A DNA stretch of 63,615 nt, counting the filler, from Octopus bimaculoides (taxonomy: Eukaryota): assembly GCF_001194135.2 (NCBI RefSeq). It is 8 parts of 7 records of this genome, joined end to end, with 100 filler letters (N's around TTAATTAATTAA, not from the genome) between each part and the next. Parts side by side here need not be neighbours in the genome. Positions count along the whole stretch, not along the records: positions 49,514 to 57,549 come from NC_068981.1; positions 57,650 to 63,615 come from NC_069007.1; 6 more parts are not named here. One strand, given 5' to 3'. The position numbers and the translations under genes were made by a program. Shown one piece after another: positions 50,960-59,610 of the stretch; position 1 is the first letter of the stretch, and every line of letters starts with the position of its first letter. A model generated the notes under the pieces. It was not told the DNA's origin and did not search any database. It worked only from the letters and a program-made list of their open reading frames with translations.

Positions 50960-52630
50960 TTTGGGAGGTAGTCGGTGAGCTGTTTAAACCCAGGCCTCTG
51001 AAGTTGTGTTTTGTGAATAGGAGCGGAGATACTGTGAGTTGAATTGTTGTTGAAGGTTGTTAATGAAAATTGTTAAAATTCTTGACTGTTATTAATTTTT
51101 GTTAAACATTCGAAAATTTCTTTTATACCCATTGTTGGGTGTGCAGACTACTAGCTACGCAGCGGCGGCGGGCAAAGGCCTGTCAGCCGACGCAATGCAA
51201 ATGAAGCAGATTAAAATGGAAAAGAAAAATTTAAAGAAGCACTTTGAATATATTAAGAAGGAAAGAGACTGCCTACGTGTTACTCCACCAAAGGAAGCCG
51301 TAGAAAAAGCACAAAAGAAAATTATTATTTATAAAACGTTAAATGTGGCTCCGAAGAGGATTGAGGTAGCAGAGGTGGATGAAATTGAGGAATGTCTAAA
51401 TGAAATTAAGGAGGTAACAACGTTTTACGCGAGAGGCAGGAAATATGGTACAGCGTTTTAAGAGTGAAGAGGAGGCGAAAAGGTATTCCACTGTACCCCT
51501 GAGAACAGATAAATGAGCACTCTTGCCTATCTACTGCGGCAGAAAAGCAGCAAGGATAAGGATAGGAAGTGTTCCCCCGGAGATAGATGAAGAATGGATA
51601 GTAGCAGCAATAATATTTAATTGCAAGGAGGAAGTAGAAATCGTCAACGTTGAAAAGTCAAAGGAGTTCAACTGGTGGGGTTTTGGGTTAGAAATTTTAA
51701 CCCATGTGACCCTGCCAGATCTGCACAACATTGCGGAGGAGTTGGTGCTCCCCGATGACACGCGACTGAGAGTCGTGGTGGAGGGGATGCCGCCCGTGTG
51801 CTATGAATGCAGAAGTAGCGTACACATGCAGGCAAAGTGTCCCCTAAGAGAAGTACAGATGGAGGAAGCAGTAGCGAGTGAAGTAGCGGTGGAGGAAGAA
51901 AAATGGAAGAAGAAAAAAAGGTGGGGGAAACTGCAACAGAGAGAAAGAGAGCACGAGTTGATTCACCGCCAAAAAGCCCTAAGAAAAAGAAGAGGGAAAA
52001 GAGAAGCGAACTCAAGAAGGTGAGGAAGCAAATATTGGTGGAAGAGATCCAGCAAAAGCGGCGAAAATTAAAGAGTGAGAGGAAAGAGTGGAAGAGAAGA
52101 TGAGATACGTATGGCAAAATGGAAATCCTAATTTGCGAACGGTGATGTATTATGCCAAAGAAATGGAGATAGAGAAAAGGATATCCATAATAAAAGGGTC
52201 AATAAGAGTGATATTGGACCCAGAGATGTTTGAGGAATATGAAAAGCAGTACTGGTGGAGAAGGATAAAGTGGAGAAGGATAAAGTGGAGAAGGATAAAG
52301 TGGAGAAGGATAAAGAGTTGTTCCCGGGAAGAATTACAGCAAGTAAATTATATGTGCGTTACGAGAATCTACTCAATGTTGTTACGACAGAGGATCTGAT
52401 GGAACAGATAACAACCGAAGAGTAAAACAGATTAAAAACTGTATAAAAAGAACAATTAAATGAAACTGCGAGCTTGGGGGGGGGGGGATAGGCTCGTAAG
52501 TCATTTCATCCTTTCATTGTGAATATTTCATTTCATACTCATCATTCGTTATATGTATCCCACGTTTTGTGTTGTCTGTCCTTGTAATGTCCATTCTATG
52601 TTGGGGCTATTATTCCCAGATAAAGATATA
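50960..52630 (+). mobile_element. ORF1-only LINE-like element, copy 1 (RRM-like + CCHC knuckle + charged region), disrupted
   Basis: SYAAAAGK.., RIRIGSVPPEI, VVVEGMPPV-CYECRSSVHMQAKC (C-x2-C-x4-H-x4-C), K/E-rich tail. Frameshifts near 51450, 52000 and 52250; ends at 52430, then poly-G and a 3' trailer. No endonuclease or RT follows. Confidence 0.8.
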
Positions 52631-52649
52631 GAGCTAGCAGAAACGTTTG

Positions 52650-53560
52650 TTGTTGTTTTTTAATAGAAAGTGTGTGCGCTCCATGTGAGTCCTGTTAGTG
52701 TAAACCTGTTATTTCTTGAATTGTTGAATTATTGTTGCTACTTGAATTTGCTGGAATTTTTATTTGTCTTCCCCATTTATGGGCGAAGTTGTGAAGAACA
52801 TTATTGTGGAGAATAGACAAGTGCAAACAGGCAGTTATGCTGCGGTGACTGGCAAAAGCCTGTCAGCGGAGCTACTGCAGGTTCGTGAAAGACAAGGACT
52901 TCAAGAAATACACCTTGTTGAGAAAGGAAGGAGATAGTCTCAGACTGACGCCTCCCAAGGAAGTTATTGAGAATACGGAAAAGAGAACTATCACCTATAG
53001 AACTCTAAACATAGCGTCGAAGAAAGTAGAAGCGGTAGAGGAAAGTTTGAAAGAGGTGAAAGAATCAACCACGTTCTACACCAGAGAACGGAAGTTCGGC
53101 ATGGTGGATGTGCGCTTCGTAAACGAAAATGAAGCAAAGAAGCACTCCACTATAGCCTTGAAATCAGCGGAGTGGGCACTACTACCTACTTACTGTGGCA
53201 AACGTGCGGCCAGAGTAAGGATAGATGGAGTGACCCTTGAAATTGACGAGGTATGGCTGGTGGCAGCCATCCTCTATCATACAGAGGAAGAAGCAGTAGT
53301 TTTTAAAATGCCAAAGACTACGGATGTGAACTGATGGGGGACATGGGCTGGAAGTAATGGTCTATATAAGCCTACCAGACCTCCATAAGATTGTGGAAGA
53401 GCTAGTGTTGCCAGACGAGACCAGATTAAGGATTGTTGTGGAGGGTAGACCTCCAATATGTTTTGCGTGTGGATTAAGGGGACATATGAAGGAGGGAATA
53501 ATAGAAACAGAAGTTTCCTCCCGAAACTTCTGGCCTCGTGCCAAAACTTGGAACCAATAT
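52650..53560 (+). mobile_element. LINE ORF1 copy 2, diverged paralogue, truncated after the knuckle
   Basis: ATG at 52779 (MGEVVK..SYAAVTGK), TPPKE, GMVDVRFVNENEAKK (RNP-like), LPDLH..EELVLPD.TRLR.VVEG.PP, CFACGLRGH; colinear with copy 1. Confidence 0.8.
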
Positions 53561-53623
53561 ATTTAGAACAAAAAAAGTTCCTGTGACAAATCTTTAATTT
53601 TTGTCTTTGTCATTCTCTTACAG

Positions 53624-53712
53624 ATTCTACCTCACTTTATAACCCAGGCCTTAGGCAAGTATAGCGGTCTTCCCGGTTTGTTTGTTTCCTGTATTTTCTG
53701 TGGAGCTTTGAG
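53624..53712 (+). CDS. SLC5 symporter exon equivalent to vertebrate exon 8 (89 nt)
   Basis: Acceptor cattctcttacag, donor gtgagt, phase 0 to 2. ILPHFITQALGKYSGLPGLFVSCIFCGAL(S) has the GLPGLF..C..SG.LS signature; 89 nt as in NIS/SMCT genes. Confidence 0.95.
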
Positions 53713-54199
53713 GTGAGTAGACGGTTTCTTTCGTGATTTCACGAGACACAGAAACACATTTTTCATTCATTTCCATCGTTTATGTTGGTTTAAAAGAATT
53801 TAGCGTTTGTTTTGATTGAAGGATGTCGTATTTTAAAGAAAGGAAGTGAGCGAGTCGTTCATGCCTTTCCTTCAGATATTAACACTGCAAGTCGCTTCTA
53901 CAAATGACTGAAATCGTATCGCAGTCTCGACCAGCGACTTAAATCTTGGCCTGGGGCTCAAATCAGAAAGCTGAAATAAATATTGACTTCTTATATAAAT
54001 GGAAGACTGATTATTCTATAGAAGATCGATTATTCAAGAGAAGACTTCAAGAAATTGCATTGGACATCATTGTATTACTGGTATTTAATAGTTTAGCCAT
54101 AGAAGGGGTGGACGTCCAAGTCAAGTGAGGCAGACCATGGAGCAGCGAAGGATGAAATAATATAAACACTGGGAAACACATTTAGTAAAGTTTAAAACG

Positions 54200-54390
54200 G
54201 AGAGATATAGAATGGTGGCCAGATTTCGTTCATCTTTACTTTCTGAGTTCAAATCCTACTGAGGTCGATTTTGCCTTTCATCCTTTCCGGATCGATAAAA
54301 TATGTAGCAGTTGAACATTGGTATCGATGTAAACGTCTTACCCCTCCCCAGAAATTACTGGCCTTGTGCAATAATTTGAAACCAATATTA
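54200..54390 (+). mobile_element. SINE family A, tail 2
   Basis: GAGTTCAAATCC..TTTGCCTTTCATCCTTTCCGGATCGATAAA..CTGGCCTTGTGCAATAATTTGAAACCAATA. Confidence 0.85.
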
Positions 54391-54593
54391 GTAAAGATGG
54401 CCTTCTATAGTGGATGATGATGATGAGCATCATAATCATCATCATCATCATCATCGTCATGAACCTCCATAAATATATAACTATCCTTACAAAAAAATTC
54501 ATGAGTCAAGCTTCCTATCTCCTTTCTTTTTCCGTCTCAAATATATTTCAAACGTAATGTTTTGTGTTTTACCTTTCTTCTTTCTCTTCCCAG

Positions 54594-54721
54594 CACAATA
54601 TCGTCTGGAATCAATTCATTGGCTGCTGTCACTTACTACGACTTTGTTGATCCTCTTTATTTAAAAATGAGAAAAGAACCAATCGGCAGCAAAACCTCCG
54701 GTAAAATAACAATAGCCATAG
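54594..54721 (+). CDS. SLC5 symporter exon equivalent to vertebrate exon 9 (128 nt)
   Basis: Acceptor ttctcttcccag, donor gtaagt, phase 2 to 1. (S)TISSGINSLAAVTYYDFVDP matches ST.SS.IN.LAAVT..D of the Na+-site helix. Confidence 0.95.
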
Positions 54722-55467
54722 GTAAGTCAGTTGGCGGTTTACAGATGCCAAGAAACGGCAATGGAATTGAATGCCAGTATTTACTTGGATTATGAATCAC
54801 GTTTTGAGTTCAAATCTCGCTAAAATTGTCTTGTCATTCCTCTAGGGCCTCTAAAAAACAGACACTAGTAAAGTACTTGCTAGATTCAGAGGACTGCCTT
54901 TTTTCACTGCAAATTTCTGGCCTTGTACCACTGTTAACCGTTGACAGAAGATTACATTGCCGCCATCTTCTACGTAATGAAGATGGCGGCAATGTCGAAA
55001 GACATCACCAGCGACCTCTATGTCCATAGCACTTATATTGTCATGTTTATATACTCCCACAAGTCTTTAAACACAGTGGTATTAAAACCTTGAAACTGCG
55101 TGTCAAATGAAAATAAATGTTCTTAGTTTGAACCGAAAACTAAGAATATGTTTTTATGTTGCAACGGAACATCTTAATACAATTACAGACTGAACCAATC
55201 AAGACAACAGTCGAGCATTTTAGATTATTTAAGTGATGACTTAACGAAATTCACGTCATCAACCCACTTCCCAGTTAAATAGTCAGCATCACAAGAAGTA
55301 TTCCAGCCTCTTGTAACATCACCAGCTCTTAATATTTATACAAAATAGACTAATCCCAGAATCACATGAACGATGCTAGAATAAAAAAAAAAAAAAGAAT
55401 GCATAGACATTTCTTGAGAAAATATTTTGGTAATTTTGAACCACCCAGGCAGCATTTGTTATGTCAA

Positions 55468-55537
<70 letters not shown>

Positions 55538-56077
55538 TGCGCGCGCTGGAACTTGTTCTCATTGAATGTTCCATTCCTCAATAAACCATTCTTTGGAAGT
55601 AATTTTGGTGGTATGATTACTCTCCTCTTTAAATAACTGGTTCCTCTCTCTAGAGAGGAACAACAGGTTCAGTCTGAAGGTGTTGGCACCTCCCTGTTGT
55701 CTCTTTAACAACCAATATCTCAGACATCAACAGATGATTCTTTATATTTTATTCTGCCAAACCACAAACACATGCGATTGTACTTTCTAGTTTTTGTTTT
55801 CATTATATTTTCTTTTTTACCGTTTTTTCTGCCAAAAAGAATATTTTCATAGAAAATAAGAATAATGGAATCGTAGACGTTTCTCTTCTTCCTTTAATAA
55901 AAAAAATACCAGGGGTGTGCTGGGGATCAGTGCAGTTCACTTGCCTCCTCCTGTAATATCTATGACTCTGTGCCATATTCCGCTAAAATAATAAATGATG
56001 AGACGTCGCTAAGCATTTTGCTCGAAGTATCCAACAAAATAAGTTGAGAGTTTTCATTAAAATAATAACAATAATCC

Positions 56078-56250
56078 TTTCCACTAAAGGCACAAGGCTT
56101 GAAATTTTAGTAGAGGGGACCAGTCTATTACATCGACCCCAGTGTTCAGCTGGTACTTATTTTATCGACCCCGAGAAGAATGTAAGGACGGACGAAATGC
56201 CGCTAAGCTTTCTGCCCGATGTACTAATGGTTCTGCTAGCTCACCGCCTA
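56078..56250 (-). mobile_element. SINE family A, tail 3, internally deleted
   Basis: CTAAAGGCACAAGGCTTGAAATTT..CTGGTACTTATTTTATCGACCCCG..GCTAGCTCACCGCCT. Confidence 0.8.
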
Positions 56251-56256
56251 AATAAT

Positions 56257-57456
56257 AATAATAAAAGCGGTAGGACCAGACGGAATTCAAAGCTACAGGC
56301 TCTCAAGTGGTTTAGGTCAACACACAAGAGAAATGCGTTGCAATTAGACAATTGCCTACAGAGCAGAGCAGTTCCGGAGTGGATGGTAGAGGGGAAAAAC
56401 AATATTGTTAATGAAAGATTGGTCAAAGGGCAATGGGATTGGTAATTACCGAATCATTGCTTGTCTTAAACTCCTATGGAAAGTATTTTCAAGTACCCTC
56501 GCAGTGAAAATATATCCGTTCCTTGCGGTAAACAATCTGCTGCCAGTAGAACAAAAGGGATATCGAAAAGGATCCAAGGGCACCAAGGACCCAAAAAATG
56601 TATGCATGGCCTGGATAGACTTCAAAAAGGCTTACAACATGTTGACGCATTCGTCTATTTTGGAAACACTCGACATGTGTGGAATAGCTGAGAACGTGTG
56701 TGCACTGATTAAGAACAGCATGCCTAGTTGGAAAACGTGTCTTTCCTGTAACAACCAGCACTCAGCCGAGGTAACAATCAAAAGAGGTATCTTCCAAGGT
56801 TACTCTTGTTCACCTGTTATTCGTTATAGCCTGGACCCCATTTTCTGTTGTCTTACGCAAAGTCAACGCGCATTATGAGCTGAGAAAGAATGGACCTTGT
56901 CTCAACCACCTTCTCTCAACCACCTTCTCTTCATGAATGATTTAAAACTGTTCGCGATAACAGAGCCTGAAACGGAGATGCTGGCTGAGACTGCGCAGAC
57001 GTGTAGCAAAGATGTAGGGATGGAATTCGGTATCTCGAAGTGTGTGGTGCTTAGTTTGAAGCGGGGGAAAAGAGTAAATTGTAGGGTCATAGAATTGCCA
57101 AACGGAGAGAGAATGGAAGACCTGCATGATGATGGGTACAAGTAACTTGGGATCCTGGAGCTAAACAATATCTTGCAGAAAGAAATGAAAGAAAAAGTCA
57201 TCACTGCATATTTCAAGCGCCTCAAACTTTTCTTGAAATCAAAACTCAACTGAAGGAACCTTGTGACTGCCATCAACATATAGGCGATTGCTGTAGTCTG
57301 CTATAGTGCATCCATCCTGAGATGGACACGAGCGGAGATTGACTAACTCTATCGCACTACCCGAAAGACAATGACAATGCATGGTGCCCTCCACCCTAAG
57401 GCGAATGTACATAGGCTCTACATGAAGAGGGGTAAAGGTGCACTGCTCTCTCACTC
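56257..57456 (+). mobile_element. R4/Dong-like (RLE-type) LINE RT region, pseudogenised, between (AAT)n tracts
   Basis: GPDGI, VPEWMVEG, NYRIIACL, EQKGYRKGSKGTKD, MAWIDFKKAY, RGIFQG, LNHLLFMNDLKLFA, FGISKC, YK*LGILE, MHGALHPKANVHRLY; several frameshifts and stops. Confidence 0.85.
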
Positions 57457-57465
57457 AATAATAAA

Positions 57466-57549
<84 letters not shown>

Positions 57550-57649
57550 NNNNNNNNNNNNNNNNNNNNNNNNNNNNNNNNNNNNNNNNNNNNTTAATTA
57601 ATTAANNNNNNNNNNNNNNNNNNNNNNNNNNNNNNNNNNNNNNNNNNNN

Positions 57650-57701
<52 letters not shown>

Positions 57702-57757
57702 CGTGTGTGCGTGTGTGTATCTATATGCGTGTGTCTTTGCATCTGTACTTGTGTACT

Positions 57758-57880
57758 CGACCACCGCTTAACAACCGATTCTGGTGTGTTTATGTTCCAT
57801 AACTTATTTATTTGACTAAAGTTTCTTCAAGGCGGTGCTGTAGCATGACCGCAGTCAAATGACTGAAACAAGTAAAAGAT
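57758..57880 (-). mobile_element. SINE-like family D fragment
   Basis: CCACCGCTTAACAACCG..GGCGGTGCTGTAGCATGACCGCAGTCAAATGACTGAAAC. Confidence 0.7.
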
Positions 57881-58279
57881 AAAAGATACAAATTATGTAT
57901 AGTATTCATTTTATGTCCGTTTCCATGCTGGCACGTGCAGGAGGGTTTGATACGATTCGACAGATCGATGATACCACACCTCTCTGCTGCGTCTCAATTT
58001 TGGTTTGTTTTTTTCGGCTGAATGCATTGTATTATGGCACCAGCTCGATGGTTGATTACCAATCACCTGGAGTGCAAAGGGTGCTTTGTACGGCACCAGC
58101 AGTTTGGGTCGTCTTGTAAACTTGTGAAGTGGAAGAGAGTAGCGACGTAATGGGAAGGAACAGACTTATCGTGAGATGTTAAGAGAAAAAATAATAATGG
58201 ATACAGGGGGATTAGAGGGGCAGAAAGAGAGCGGAATAGAAGTGTTAATGGCAATGAGGAGATTGGAGTAGAGGTACCC

Positions 58280-58310
<31 letters not shown>

Positions 58311-59299
58311 TAAATGTGCACATATACAAATATATGTGTGTGTGTTCAAATTTCACATTGAGTACTTAAAATGTCCACTTCGATTTATAATTGTAAGTTT
58401 TAGTACTTTTCAGAAAATATTATTAGCTAAGACTCTGAACTACGTTCTTTTCNNNNNNNNNNNNNNNNNNNNNNNNNNNNNNNNNNNNNNNNNNNNNNNN
58501 NNNNNNNNNNNNNNNNNNNNNNNNNNNNNNNNNNNNNNNNNNNNNNNNNNNNNNNNNNNNNNNNNNNNNNNNNNNNNNNNNNNNNNNNNNNNNNNNNNNN
58601 NNNNNNNNNNNNNNNNNNNNNNNNNNNNNNNNNNNNNNNNNNNNNNNNNNNNNNNNNNNNNNNNNNNNNNNNNNNNNNNNNNNNNNNNNNNNNNNNNNNN
58701 NNNNNNNNNNNNNNNNNNNNNNNNNNNNNNNNNNNNNNNNNNNNNNNNNNNNNNNNNNNNNNNNNNNNNNNNNNNNNNNNNNNNNNNNNNNNNNNNNNNN
58801 NNNNNNNNNNNNNNNNNNNNNNNNNNNNNNNNNNNNNNNNNNNNNNNNNNNNNNNNNNNNNNNNNNNNNNNNNNNNNNNNNNNNNNNNNNNNNNNNNNNN
58901 NNNNNNNNNNNTATATATATATATATGTATATATTCATCTTTTTTTTTATATATGTATGTATATGAAATGGCATTCCAATTTTATTTATTATTTCCTGCA
59001 ATCCCCCAACCGCCACCATTAAAATACGATAACGATTTTTGCTTCCTTCATGTAGATTTATCGCCCTTTGATTATTCTTTTACATGCTTAGAGATATATG
59101 TTTTGTTCCTTTATTAAATTACAGAAACTAGAAAATATTTTCTCTTAATAACTGTGAAGGTTCTACCGAAACTTGTGCAAAAGGATGCAAAAGTGTTTCT
59201 TATCTGATACAGGTCGTTCAAATCGCACCTGTTAGTAGGGTAATTCTTCTCCAAGAGCAACTCTTCTTCCTCTTCTTCATTGCTGGTAAATAACAGGTT

Positions 59300-59610
59300 C
59301 CAAACAGAAGCAACGTTCTGTTATTGAATTCTTGACGGAAGAGGTGTGCCGGTTGTCCGATAAACACACAAGGGATCAGACTTTTTTTACAAGGATGGCG
59401 TCATCTACAAGAGCAATGTTCTCAGATAGATGGGTTTCAAGAAGAGGAAATGACGACCAATCATGCAGTGAACAACCATCAGTTGTGACCACTGATGTGA
59501 ATCGCTCGTAAGGGGACAAGATGATTCGTGTTGACAGACAAATCACAATCCAAGAGCTTGATGCACAACTGGACATAGACAAGGGAACAGAGGATGTAGG
59601 GTTGCCCTAT
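59300..59610 (+). mobile_element. Second mariner-family transposase N-terminal (HTH) remnant
   Basis: QKQRSVIEFLTEE...RWVSRRGNDD..SEQPSVVTTDVN..DKMIRVDRQITIQELDAQLDIDKGT matches W..F..G..D..RSGRP...N...I..DRRITI.EL..LGIS.GT. Confidence 0.7.

Noticed and set aside
51099-52430. Treating ORFs 51099-51461, 51523-52023, 51903-52103 and 52088-52399 as host genes
   Set aside because: They are frameshifted pieces of one retroelement ORF1 with a paralogue 300 nt downstream, inside an SLC5 intron.
13585-57605. TTAATTAATTAA 12-mers recurring seven times (near 13585, 21562, 38637, 42098, 46354, 49457, 57594)
   Set aside because: Each sits alone between N runs and puts stops in all six frames; it is an assembly gap spacer, not biology and not a CRISPR-like repeat.
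58351-58392. EYLKCPLRF followed by GTAAGT as SLC5 exon 2 (YLELRF)
   Set aside because: Only 30 nt, weak acceptor, and downstream of the later exons.
59152-59177. CTGTGA-A-GG-TTCTA-CC-GAAA-CTTGT as a hammerhead
   Set aside because: A6 deleted, G at the cleavage position and no stem I; too degenerate to call.
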